44,804 nucleotides of DNA from sequence record NC_073052.1. One strand, given 5' to 3'. The notes beneath the pieces are model-generated. The model made no database searches. It was not told where the DNA came from and saw only the letters and a program-made list of their open reading frames with translations. Each line of letters opens with the position of its first letter. The first letter of the stretch is position 1. This DNA is from Escherichia phage JLBYU60. Shown here piece by piece: positions 26,959 through 35,869 of the stretch. The translations under genes and the position numbers were made by a program.

Positions 26959-27282
26959 TTACGCATAAAAGTTCGGGTCGCGTGCGACGTCTACCAGGTA
27001 AAGGTTGCTTATGCGGTTGCCGTAGTGCCCTGGAGTGCGCTGGCGGCACACAACGGCGAAGCCTGGAGGGATTGTATTGCCCGTCTCAATAATCCACGCC
27101 ACGCGTGCGCCAGACAGCGTCTTTCCGTTGCATTCGATACGTGTTCCGCCGTCGGCAGTATTGATGTTGCCAATCTTGCAGCCGGTGGACTTCAGACGGA
27201 TGACTCCGGTTTTGCTGTCGTAGGTGAATAGCTGGTTAGTCATTGCGACCGAAAAATCGATGGTTTCGTATGTAGCGTTCAT
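26959..27282 (-). CDS. HNH_3 (AP2-like) family protein, possible small homing endonuclease
   Basis: 107 aa with RBS GAGGAA; architecture NGKT...ARVAWII...IPPGF...GHYGNRISNLYLV parallels HNH_3 endonucleases though the His-Asn core is shortened. Confidence 0.5.
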   Translation of the reverse strand: MNATYETIDFSVAMTNQLFTYDSKTGVIRLKSTGCKIGNINTADGGTRIECNGKTLSGARVAWIIETGNTIPPGFAVVCRQRTPGHYGNRISNLYLVDVARDPNFYA

Positions 27283-27989
27283 TTTAAATTTTCCTCGTTA
27301 ACCGCTATCGCGAAGCCGCGCGGAGTGAGTGAGCGGATTAATTTTGTACGAGCGGATTTACCACCGAGGCGACTATACTGTTTCGAGTACCCTTTTTCAA
27401 CGAAAACAGGTTTCTTCTCTGGCATACGGAAGCCGTTGCCGGTCCATAAGCAAGTCAGCTTCGGATATGAATCGCGGGCGTTGATGTATTCCGGGAAGAG
27501 CGGGTGTACGTCATCCTCCGGCAGATACCCCCCATACTCCCACGGGTCGAACGAGTGATCCGGCTTGCGCCACTGGGTGGAAAGCACACTGCGCGGATTC
27601 TCAATCATATATGGCACTTCGAAGAAGTCACCCAGGTAAGCGGCGATCTTCGCGGTGCGCACCGCCTTAAGCTGAAAGGCTGGGTCTTTTGCACGCTTGC
27701 GCGGGAAAGCTGGCGCACCGCTCACCGCCAGATCCGTGCACGGCGGGAACGCATATATGATATCCGGAGTACCGAAATCGCCATTCATCGCACGGTCTAC
27801 AAAGTCCAGATCGATAAACTCATTGCGATACCGGATTCCGCGACCATAAATCCGGTAGTCAAGGTAAGACCCGTGATCGGCTTCGGAGTAGTTGAAGCAA
27901 TAACACTTATGCCCCATCTCGGCCGCACGCTCAATCATCAAGCCGCTGCCGTCAAACAGTGACCAGATTGTCATTTTAGCAATAGTCAT
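27279..27989 (-). CDS. Compact C5-methyltransferase-like protein (putative DNA cytosine-5 modification enzyme)
   Basis: 236 aa; motif I-like SLFDGSG, motif IV-like DIIYAFPPCTDLAVSGA (catalytic Pro-Cys), motif VI-like YMIENPRS, motif IX-like SLTPRG; no room for a normal target-recognition domain; start ATGA-overlaps the SNF2 helicase stop. Confidence 0.6.
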   Translation of the reverse strand: MTIAKMTIWSLFDGSGLMIERAAEMGHKCYCFNYSEADHGSYLDYRIYGRGIRYRNEFIDLDFVDRAMNGDFGTPDIIYAFPPCTDLAVSGAPAFPRKRAKDPAFQLKAVRTAKIAAYLGDFFEVPYMIENPRSVLSTQWRKPDHSFDPWEYGGYLPEDDVHPLFPEYINARDSYPKLTCLWTGNGFRMPEKKPVFVEKGYSKQYSRLGGKSARTKLIRSLTPRGFAIAVNEENLK

Positions 27990-29446
27990 TTGCGCGCCTT
28001 TTTAGCTTTCATGTATTCCATCAAGTCGTCCTGGATATCTCGCTTACTGTCGCGACGCTCGGCGACCAATTCGTCCAGTGTCCCGCGCGCCTGGATAATG
28101 TAGACGAATACCGGTCGAGGGTGTCCGGCCTGCATCTGGCGAACCGGCCCGATACGTTCAACGATCTGCGAAAAGTGCTCAAAGTTCCAGGTGTCGGAGA
28201 AGATTGCCAGGTGATGACCGCCGTCCTGCAAGTTAAGGCCGTGGCCCGCCGATGCCGGGTGTGCAAACATGATGGGGATCTCGCCCCTGTTCCACGCTTC
28301 CATATCCTTATTGCCCTGCTTACCTTTACCCAACGCAACGCCGTGCGGAAATTTCTTCTTAAGACGTGCCAGGTCATGCTTATACTGATACGCAACGAGC
28401 AACGGCGCGCCGTTCAACTCCTCCACGATACTTTCCAGTGCGTCCAGCTTCGCGTCGTGAATCTTCACCCATTCGTCGGTGCGCTCGCCGTCTTCGTCGA
28501 CCTTATACACGGCCCCGGAAGCAAGCTGAAGGCACTTAATAGTCTTCGAAGCAGCGTTCGCCGCCTCCACCGTTCCGCTTTCCAGTTCGGCAAATAGCTC
28601 CGCTTCGAATTGGTCATAAATCTTGCGGGCTTTTTTCGGCAGGTCCACAACAACCGGCGTATAGATTGGCTTGTCACACCCGAAGTATTCAGCCGCATCA
28701 ACGGTTAGCGACACGTCGGACAGTCGTTGTTGTATTTCTTTCTCGGAGTTCTTAAGCGGGGCGTGCTGCATCGTGAAGCTGCCAGGCTTAACCGGCTTGC
28801 TAATAAACCAGCGGTCTGTGAATGCCTTATAACTACTGCCGAGGCGTTCGCCACCGTCGACAAACCACGTCTGACCCCACAGGTCTTTCAGTCCGTTTGG
28901 TGCGGGTGTGCCAGTCAGGTTAATCCAGCGCTTGACGTGCTTATGTGCGATCGCTGCCAGCGCACGGGCGCGCTTACTTCCCTGCTTGCTTCTATAGCCT
29001 TTCAGCTTAGTGGATTCATCGGCAACCACGACCGTAAAGGGCCACTCGTCGCCGCAATACTCAACAAGCCACTCAACTACATCATAGTTAATACAAACCA
29101 CGTTAGCGTCGCTCTCAAGCGCAGCGATGCGGTCCTTCTCTGGCCCAGTGCCGTCTACTACCAGCAAGGCTGGGAAGCGCCATTTCTCCTGTTCCGGGGG
29201 CCATGTACCGGACGCAACGCGCAGCGGGGCCAGCACCAGTACGCGGTCATCCTGGTTGGACAGGATGCCAGTCTGGAACATTTTATTCAGCGCCCACATG
29301 GTCGCGCCGGTTTTACCCGACCCCATTGTCGCCCAAATATTGCAGCGCTTATGCTCGAGGATGAACGCGGTTATCAACTTCTGATATTCGCGGCGTCGGA
29401 ATCGTGCCATTTCTTTATTCCGCCTTTTTCCAGACTTCGGTTTCAC
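27986..29446 (-). CDS. SNF2-family ATP-dependent helicase
   Basis: Walker A MGSGKTG, DExx box VVADESTKL, SNF2 signature LTGTPAPNG, C-terminal helicase motifs (FAHPASAGHGLNLQDG...); start either GTG 29446 (RBS AAGGAA) or ATG 29410. Confidence 0.8.
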   Translation of the reverse strand: MKPKSGKRRNKEMARFRRREYQKLITAFILEHKRCNIWATMGSGKTGATMWALNKMFQTGILSNQDDRVLVLAPLRVASGTWPPEQEKWRFPALLVVDGTGPEKDRIAALESDANVVCINYDVVEWLVEYCGDEWPFTVVVADESTKLKGYRSKQGSKRARALAAIAHKHVKRWINLTGTPAPNGLKDLWGQTWFVDGGERLGSSYKAFTDRWFISKPVKPGSFTMQHAPLKNSEKEIQQRLSDVSLTVDAAEYFGCDKPIYTPVVVDLPKKARKIYDQFEAELFAELESGTVEAANAASKTIKCLQLASGAVYKVDEDGERTDEWVKIHDAKLDALESIVEELNGAPLLVAYQYKHDLARLKKKFPHGVALGKGKQGNKDMEAWNRGEIPIMFAHPASAGHGLNLQDGGHHLAIFSDTWNFEHFSQIVERIGPVRQMQAGHPRPVFVYIIQARGTLDELVAERRDSKRDIQDDLMEYMKAKKARK

Positions 29447-29633
29447 TGTTCCAGTTCCTTTTTGTAGCGTCGTAGTTGGTGGCGTGTCCGATGTGCACCC
29501 CGGTAGCCCGGAAGCTCTTAAATTTTTGCCAGCACACCGTCAACGGCAGCGGATCATTCATGCCCGCGATAAACCATACGCGATCGCCCGGTTTACATTC
29601 GCCCAGCTTGGTGAGTCGGTAATGTTCTTTCAT
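29415..29633 (-). CDS. Hypothetical protein
   Basis: 72 aa from ATG 29633 with RBS GGGAGA preceded by a terminator-like hairpin; no motifs. Confidence 0.45.
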   Translation of the reverse strand: MKEHYRLTKLGECKPGDRVWFIAGMNDPLPLTVCWQKFKSFRATGVHIGHATNYDATKRNWNSETEVWKKAE

Positions 29634-29645
29634 CGTCATGTCTCC

Positions 29646-29670
29646 CAAAAATGGCGGGACAAGCCCGCCG
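29646..29670 (-). terminator. Terminator-like hairpin on minus strand
   Basis: Minus strand reads GGCGGGC-ttgt-CCCGCC then ATTTTT, immediately followed by RBS GGGAGA and ATG of the 29415-29633 gene. Confidence 0.5.
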
Positions 29671-29676
29671 TATTAA

Positions 29677-29850
29677 TTATTTTTGTTCTGCACGGTAGCG
29701 GCGCTGCCGTTCGCGCTCTTTCTTATTGCGGCACGATTTGCACTCGGCCCTATACCCGTCTGGACTGCGCGCAGTCTTACCGGTGTATTTGTGGAACTGG
29801 GATAGCGGCTTTACACAGCCGCAATTACTGCAGCGTTTCTCTTCAATCAT
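29677..29850 (-). CDS. Small zinc-ribbon protein
   Basis: 57 aa from ATG 29850 with RBS GAGGA; CSNCGCVKPL...ECKSCRNKK matches the repeated N-terminal zinc-ribbon modules of the HNH endonuclease at 30166-30768. Confidence 0.45.
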   Translation of the reverse strand: MIEEKRCSNCGCVKPLSQFHKYTGKTARSPDGYRAECKSCRNKKERERQRRYRAEQK

Positions 29851-29890
29851 TTCTAAAATCCTCGTTAGTGCTAACCTGCTCACTATACTG

Positions 29891-30169
29891 TTAAGCGACC
29901 AAATCAGCAACCAATAAATCGCAGTCGACTATGTTGTCAATAACGCGAACGTTAGCACCGCGGCGGGCCATCCGCTCATGTTCGCGTACCTGGTGCGGCT
30001 TCGGTTTTCCACCGGGGCGCTTCACTTCGACGAACACTATTTTGCCGTTGATGATGATAATCAGGTCGGGCGCACCTGCGCGCCCCTCCCATGCCAGTTT
30101 TCGGCAGAATCCGCCTACCTCTTTCACCCGTCGCATCAGGTGACTTTGTATCTTGCCTTCTGGTGTCAT
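29891..30169 (-). CDS. VRR-NUC domain nuclease
   Basis: 92 aa from ATG 30169 with RBS AAGGA; core GAPDLIIIINGKIVFVEVKRPGGKPKPHQ typical of VRR-NUC (PD-(D/E)xK) proteins; start ATGA-overlaps HNH gene stop. Confidence 0.65.
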   Translation of the reverse strand: MTPEGKIQSHLMRRVKEVGGFCRKLAWEGRAGAPDLIIIINGKIVFVEVKRPGGKPKPHQVREHERMARRGANVRVIDNIVDCDLLVADLVA

Positions 30170-30768
30170 TGTCGGCTTTTCCTTACGGCAGCGATGGCAG
30201 GTCCGATAAACTTCTTCATTTCGTCCGGGGTAAACCGATCCCCGCGGGCTATGTTGCACTCTACGCAGCACGGCACGCAGTTATCTTTCGTATGGCCTAC
30301 TGCGTTGTCGAGTCGGTCCGCGCCATTGTCGCCGGTGAATCCGCAGTATGCGCACGGCTGAGAAGTAAGGCGCAGCACGTCCTCTGTAGTAAGGTCGGTG
30401 TTTAGCCCCTTCCTTTCGTCTGCCTTACGGTACTGAAAGAGTTTATAGTAAGCGCGGATCTCTGGTGTCCGGTGGTTGTACTCGCGGCGTGACTTATTAG
30501 CGCACGATCGGCATTCTTTACGAATATGTGACCCGTTTGCTTGGCTTCCTGGCCGGAAGTTTTCCGGCGTGAGCGGCTTGCGCTCACCGCACGTACGACA
30601 TGTTACGATCTCCCCGGTGTACTCTCGCCATACTTCTCTCGGCGGCGCGCCTCTTTCCTTATCCCGTCTCTCTTTCTTATATGCCGCCATGCATTTGGCG
30701 CACCACGACTGGCCCTTGTTGAAAGCGGACTCATCTTTACCCGTATTACAACGCCCACAATGTTTCAT
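30166..30768 (-). CDS. HNH endonuclease with N-terminal zinc-ribbon repeats
   Basis: 200 aa from ATG 30768 with RBS GAGGTG; C-terminal HNH core CAYCGFTGDNGADRLDNAVGHTKDNCVPCCVECN; two CxxC...CxxC modules at the N-terminus. Confidence 0.7.
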   Translation of the reverse strand: MKHCGRCNTGKDESAFNKGQSWCAKCMAAYKKERRDKERGAPPREVWREYTGEIVTCRTCGERKPLTPENFRPGSQANGSHIRKECRSCANKSRREYNHRTPEIRAYYKLFQYRKADERKGLNTDLTTEDVLRLTSQPCAYCGFTGDNGADRLDNAVGHTKDNCVPCCVECNIARGDRFTPDEMKKFIGPAIAAVRKSRQ

Positions 30769-30816
30769 ATACACCTCGAAAAAGAAAACGCCAGACAATA
30801 ATGCCCAACGTTTCCG

Positions 30817-33108
30817 CTACTTGCGGTAGCGATACATGCAATCGCCCTCTGCGGCGAGTGGGAAGCCTTTCGCCCAAATAGGTAGGTCGCACATCAGCGC
30901 GCAAAGCTCCTCGGTCGTGTAGTCGTCAGTGTCCGGCACTTCTGTGATCAATTCGTCGTGTACGGACAGGACGATCTCATACCCCGCGGCTTCAACGCCA
31001 GGCATGGACCATGCGAGAATATCGCGGCACAACGCCTGTACGATGTTCTCCGTCAGTTTGCCGCCGTAGGTGTACTGGAAACCCCACTGGCGCGTAGTCT
31101 GATTCTCGCCCTGGTATTTGATGCGGGTGCTGGTGCGCTTCTTGCCGGTGTCTTCGTCGATCTCGGTCGTGACAGATAGCGCGATGCCGGGATAGCTCAT
31201 GATGCGCCCTGAAGGCAACTCAATTTTAAGCCACCACCCCGCGGCGTTCGGGTCGTCGCGCTCCTCGTCAAAGGTTGGGTCGTGCTTCGCCTTCGTACGG
31301 ACAATCTTGAGCGCTTTTCTACCGTCCGGGCGAACGTTCGCACCCGCCCAGTATGCTTTGCCCGGATTGCGGATTGCACACAACACCGCGTCCTCAAGCT
31401 CGGCCCAAAAGGCTACCGTCATCGGGTGAGACTCACGCCACATACGTTTGATCGCGTCACACGTCAACCACACGTTTTTTGGCAGTATGTAAGTTGGGCG
31501 CTCGTCTTTCTTGCCAGGCTTCGGCGGGCGCTTGGCTTCGTTAATGCGGGCATACTCATAACCACGTTTCGCCGCGGCCCAAATATGATCGGGGAATGTG
31601 CCCTTCATGACGTCCGCCATCGCATACAGGTCGAGGCCCAGGTTTTTAGCAAACTGCAGGAACGCTGCAACACCGCCACCATAGCCCAACCCCAATTCGC
31701 ACGCCTTACCAATCTGGCGCAAGTCTTTGCGGTTGGCTTTGATGTATTCCGGGTCGAGGCCAAACATCTTACCGGCAGTCTCACAATAGATATCACGATC
31801 GGCCTTAAACACCATTAGCGCGGTTTTCTCGCCAGCGATCCAGGCAAGCCCGCGACCTTCCACGTTAGAAAAGTCAGCTACAACAAACTTCTTGCCCTTA
31901 GCCGGAATAATGCACCCGCGAACGGTCGAGGCCGTTAACTTCGATATGTCATACGCCCAGTGTGCAGTCCCGCGTAACAGGGAGTTGATGCCGTTGGTGA
32001 GCATGTGCGACCGCACCCAATAAGAAACGTCGCTCTCGCCATCACGGCGTTTAATCTTCCCTTCATGGTCGTCGCTGTACTCGCCACGCGCCAGGTTTTG
32101 AGGTTGAAAGCCTTTACCGGCCCAGCGTAGCGTGCGCTTTGCCCCACCATACTGAAGACAACCACGGCGGCGACCATCTGCGGATAAGCCGTTAACTAGC
32201 GGATTGTACTTAGTCGATGCCGTTGATGACGCACCGAGGCGCATTTCGATAAGCGCTTTGCCTTCGTCGGGGAAGTCCGGGTCTTCAAGCAGGTCATTCA
32301 GCGTGGATTTCTGCGCGTTGTGGATTGTGAACGCTGGCGCAATATCACGCAGGATTGGCAGGAAGTCATTGCCGGTCAGCTTACCGCCAAATCGCTCCCA
32401 GGCTTCCTCCTTCAATTCTTCCTTATGCGCCTGCACCGCTTTGATCGCGGCGTTCGCCAGGTCAACGTCCACATAGAAGCCGCGGTCGTTGATCAACTGG
32501 TCAATAAGCAGTATCTCGTCTTCCTTCGGAGTATTACCCCAGTCCGGTATGCGCCAGTAGACCTCACGCATCGCGATAATATCCAGCGCGGCATATCGCA
32601 GAAATTTGGCCCATTCTTCAGGGTGAGTCTCGCGCGTGTAGCGGCGTATTTTGTAGGTCTTAGGGGTAGGCTTACAGAATCGTTTGATCAGCGCCTTGCC
32701 TGCCTTATCCTTCGCGTGCTCTGCGTCAACGCCCAACACCTGACACTGCATATCGAGGCTACCCGGCAGCGCGTGGCGAAAGGCCATAATCATTGTGTCT
32801 TCGATCTGGCTTACCGGCAGGTCAATACCCCACTTCTCGCGGATAACCAGGCGGTCAAACAGGAGGCCGTTAGCCATCACTATTTTTGCTTTCTTGCGGG
32901 AAACATGGCGGAGCGCCTTGCGCAGTTCACGCGGCATTGTGGGGGATTCAGTGCAATCCCATGTCTGCACGCGGCCCTCGTCGATGGCGTATGTGCAAAT
33001 CATAATCTCGGTGGTTGGGTGCTCTGCGTAGGCGTACGCCCCAACCTTCTTTAGGTCCACCCCGCTAAATGTCTCGGTGTCGAGAAACAGACGTTCGAAG
33101 TCTTTCAT
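30817..33108 (-). CDS. DNA polymerase, family A, with 3'-5' proofreading exonuclease domain
   Basis: 763 aa; Exo I-like LFLDTETFSG; Pol A motif A DFSNVEGRGLAWIAGE, motif B RQIGKACELGLGYGGG, motif C VLSVHDELI. Confidence 0.9.
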   Translation of the reverse strand: MKDFERLFLDTETFSGVDLKKVGAYAYAEHPTTEIMICTYAIDEGRVQTWDCTESPTMPRELRKALRHVSRKKAKIVMANGLLFDRLVIREKWGIDLPVSQIEDTMIMAFRHALPGSLDMQCQVLGVDAEHAKDKAGKALIKRFCKPTPKTYKIRRYTRETHPEEWAKFLRYAALDIIAMREVYWRIPDWGNTPKEDEILLIDQLINDRGFYVDVDLANAAIKAVQAHKEELKEEAWERFGGKLTGNDFLPILRDIAPAFTIHNAQKSTLNDLLEDPDFPDEGKALIEMRLGASSTASTKYNPLVNGLSADGRRRGCLQYGGAKRTLRWAGKGFQPQNLARGEYSDDHEGKIKRRDGESDVSYWVRSHMLTNGINSLLRGTAHWAYDISKLTASTVRGCIIPAKGKKFVVADFSNVEGRGLAWIAGEKTALMVFKADRDIYCETAGKMFGLDPEYIKANRKDLRQIGKACELGLGYGGGVAAFLQFAKNLGLDLYAMADVMKGTFPDHIWAAAKRGYEYARINEAKRPPKPGKKDERPTYILPKNVWLTCDAIKRMWRESHPMTVAFWAELEDAVLCAIRNPGKAYWAGANVRPDGRKALKIVRTKAKHDPTFDEERDDPNAAGWWLKIELPSGRIMSYPGIALSVTTEIDEDTGKKRTSTRIKYQGENQTTRQWGFQYTYGGKLTENIVQALCRDILAWSMPGVEAAGYEIVLSVHDELITEVPDTDDYTTEELCALMCDLPIWAKGFPLAAEGDCMYRYRK

Positions 33109-33275
33109 TGCTTTATCCTCACTACGGCGTCAGCGCTGCCGATCATGGAGAAGATGCCGTCTGACAGGGCAATCTCTTCGCCGTTGTTGCGAATCTCGGC
33201 AACTGTGAAATATTCCCCCAGTAGCTTAGACCATACCCGCATTCCGACTTTTACTTCGCTGGCTTTAATACGCAT
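33105..33275 (-). CDS. Small hypothetical protein translationally coupled to DNA polymerase
   Basis: 56-aa ORF (MRIKASEVKVGMRVWSKLLGEYFTV...) not in the six-frame track; its TGA overlaps the polymerase ATG (ATGA). Confidence 0.4.
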   Translation of the reverse strand: MRIKASEVKVGMRVWSKLLGEYFTVAEIRNNGEEIALSDGIFSMIGSADAVVRIKQ

Positions 33276-33333
33276 TTTTCATTGTCCTATTAAAAAGCCC
33301 GCATTAAGCGGGCTTGAATAGTGGGCTTTGCCC

Positions 33334-34113
33334 TTAACGGCGGCGACGTTTACGTGGCGCTTCGTCTTCGTCGTCGTCCTCATCTTCGTCATCGCGTGGC
33401 TTACGCCGTTTGCGAGGTTTTTCATCTTCCTCATCGTCGTCGTCATCGCGGCGCTTGGATTTCTTGGACTTGCGCGGCTTGTCATCTTCATCATCGTCAT
33501 CACGACGTTTTGACTTTTTGGACTTGCGCGGTGCTTCGTCTTCGTCGTTGTCCAGGTCTTCATCGGAGCAAGACGACCCGCCACCTCCGAAGGCTTCGCC
33601 GTCTTCACGGAATCGCAGACCCAGCAAGCCAGCCCCGAGACCCTTGCCGTTGGTATTGTTCCACGCCCAAATATCCAGGGACACATTGCAATAACAACCG
33701 GAGTAGATCTCCTGGCCTTCGATCTCGTCGCCTTCTACGGTCAGACCTTGTTCCGTCTGCTTCTCGCCAAGTGACGTTTGAATGATCGGCTGTTTGAACG
33801 ATTTGGCGTTGATGTACAACATGCCTTCGAATTCTTCGGTTACTTCGTCGCGCTCGTCACCGTCGCGAACTGCGCATTCCTTAGAATCCTGGGCGTAGTG
33901 GCGGTCCATCCACTTATCGGCATTCTTCTCGGATTTCAGCTTATCGGTGAGCACTGCGCGCGCTGCCGCTTCCACTTTGTCCACCTGCGGATCTTCTTTA
34001 TCCAGAAGAATAACGGCACGGTATGCCGGTTTTTGACCATCCTGTTTAGGGGTATCACGTTCCCAAATTTTAAGGAAGCATACGCGCACATTTTTCAGGT
34101 TGACTTTAGCCAT
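33334..34113 (-). CDS. Putative ssDNA-binding protein (DUF2815/gp2.5-like) with charged C-terminal repeats
   Basis: 259 aa from ATG 34113 (MAKVNLKNVRV) with RBS GAGGAA; adjacent to a DUF2800-like exonuclease; C-terminus has tandem K/R-rich and D/E-rich blocks (DEAPRKSKKSKRRDDDDEDDKPRKSKKSKRRDDDDDEED...). Confidence 0.45.
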   Translation of the reverse strand: MAKVNLKNVRVCFLKIWERDTPKQDGQKPAYRAVILLDKEDPQVDKVEAAARAVLTDKLKSEKNADKWMDRHYAQDSKECAVRDGDERDEVTEEFEGMLYINAKSFKQPIIQTSLGEKQTEQGLTVEGDEIEGQEIYSGCYCNVSLDIWAWNNTNGKGLGAGLLGLRFREDGEAFGGGGSSCSDEDLDNDEDEAPRKSKKSKRRDDDDEDDKPRKSKKSKRRDDDDDEEDEKPRKRRKPRDDEDEDDDEDEAPRKRRRR

Positions 34114-34203
34114 TTTCCAATTCCTCATTTTCACATGTATCGGGGTTATTGGAGGCCACCCCGTTCGGCTTGGTTGCCAATTTACTTGGTTGCGCTTAAG
34201 CGG

Positions 34204-34446
34204 TCAAGCATTTTCATTAAAAAGATTTCTGGTCACGTAGTTGGTAGCGTTCTCGATCCAGCTTAACGGCGGGCGGTCGATGTTCTTCTCCACCCAATCG
34301 ACGGCAACTTCGCTATAGCCGTCATCCAGCCAGCGGGTCGGATGGCGAATCATCCACGCCACCATTAACACGCCTTGCACGCAATGCAGGATAAAGCCCA
34401 GCGCTCCGAGCAAAAACATCAATAAGATTGCGAATACTTTATTCAT
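34204..34446 (-). CDS. Small membrane protein
   Basis: 80 aa with two predicted TM helices (FAILLMFLLGALGFILHCV; VLMVAWMI); stop overlaps region of TTGGTTGC motifs. Confidence 0.5.
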   Translation of the reverse strand: MNKVFAILLMFLLGALGFILHCVQGVLMVAWMIRHPTRWLDDGYSEVAVDWVEKNIDRPPLSWIENATNYVTRNLFNENA

Positions 34447-35869
34447 TGCTTAAGTCCTCGTCAGTAGCTTCCGACCACGCAGGGCGCGGGTCGTCGATTG
34501 GTGCTAACACCGGTTTGGCTGGTGCGCGCGTGATTTTATCACACAGCTTCGCCCACACTTTCGGTTTTTCGTCCTTCAGTACCTTCTCGGCATCCGTAGG
34601 GCTGAGCAATGTTTCTTTGTACATCACATCGCGCTTGATCCGGGCCTTCGTGAAGATTTCAATAACTTCGCTCTCGTCCGCCCACTTACGGATCCCTTCC
34701 TTACCGGCAACCATCTTGAGGCCCAGCGATTCGCCATCGCCCGCCATTACCGCTTTGAATACCGCGGACTCGATAGCTTTGATGTGCTGGCGCATTGCGT
34801 CCAGGCCTTCATAAGCCTTGCGCAGTTCCGCAGCGCTCATAGCGCCTGGGGCCGCTTCTTTCTTGCCACGCTTCGCACGTCGTGCCGCTTTGCGGGCTTC
34901 GCGGGCCATATTGCGGTCGTGATTGGCGCATTCTTCCTCTGTCGCAATACTTACGTCGTCGCCCAGGTCTTCGTCTGTTGCCGTTGGTGGGGTCATCGTG
35001 TCGATTGCAGCCTTAGCGCGGGCGCTACACTGATCCGCAAATCTGCACCACTGACACGCATCAACGCTCGGTCGGAAGTCGGCACGGGTGAGTCCCTTTT
35101 TGCCGCGGGCGTACGCTTCCAGGGCGGCGATAGCACGCTTTGACGCAAACTTAGCGAATATCTCCAGGGCTTCTACCGAAATATCCCACTCCGACGCCCC
35201 GCCGCAATACGGCTGGAAGATAACCAGGCGCACGGTCGTGATGTCGTACATGGATTGCAGCTTGCGCAGCAGGCCGAGCGCGTACAACATAAGCTGTTTG
35301 TTTTCTTTCGCCTCGACCTTATGCCGCCCGGTCTTCAGGTCGCCAACAATCAGCATGTACGTGCCGTCGGTCTTCTTCATGACCATGACCATATCCGCAG
35401 TGCCGAACGTCTTAACCCGGTTGCCGTCGATCTCGAAGCCAGAGTGTAGGACGCGGGTGAGATCGGCGCGCATCTCAAGCTGAACAAACTCCGCCACTTC
35501 GAGGAGCGGTCGCCAGTGGTCGATGTACGCGTCGCACTGTTTCACCATGTCGTCGTTGACCAGTACGCCGCCTTTCGGTGCTTTCGGGTGGGCCTTTACC
35601 GGCCCCTTACCTTCGTTCTCGACGTAACACCCTTTGTACGTCTTAGCGGTTATCAGCTTCTCACCGGCGATAATACGGTTGAGCACGACTTCAGATACGG
35701 TGTGCATACTCGTACCGTTAATCGCCGCTTGCCCGGATTCGTTCGGGATACCCTGTTCTACCACCAGGGCGGCGGGGCAACCCATCCATTTTTTAGCACC
35801 GGATGGCCCGAGTAATGAATGTTCCGTATTACTACCGGATTGTGTTTTGCGCTTCGGTTTAATCGCCAT
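34439..35869 (-). CDS. Cas4/RecB-like PD-(D/E)xK exonuclease (DUF2800-like) with C-terminal extension
   Basis: 476 aa with RBS AAGGGTGG; N-terminal LLGPSGAKKWMGCPAAL, nuclease core IVGDLKTG, Cys cluster CQWCRFADQC; extra ~150-aa charged C-terminal region. Confidence 0.6.
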   Translation of the reverse strand: MAIKPKRKTQSGSNTEHSLLGPSGAKKWMGCPAALVVEQGIPNESGQAAINGTSMHTVSEVVLNRIIAGEKLITAKTYKGCYVENEGKGPVKAHPKAPKGGVLVNDDMVKQCDAYIDHWRPLLEVAEFVQLEMRADLTRVLHSGFEIDGNRVKTFGTADMVMVMKKTDGTYMLIVGDLKTGRHKVEAKENKQLMLYALGLLRKLQSMYDITTVRLVIFQPYCGGASEWDISVEALEIFAKFASKRAIAALEAYARGKKGLTRADFRPSVDACQWCRFADQCSARAKAAIDTMTPPTATDEDLGDDVSIATEEECANHDRNMAREARKAARRAKRGKKEAAPGAMSAAELRKAYEGLDAMRQHIKAIESAVFKAVMAGDGESLGLKMVAGKEGIRKWADESEVIEIFTKARIKRDVMYKETLLSPTDAEKVLKDEKPKVWAKLCDKITRAPAKPVLAPIDDPRPAWSEATDEDLSNE

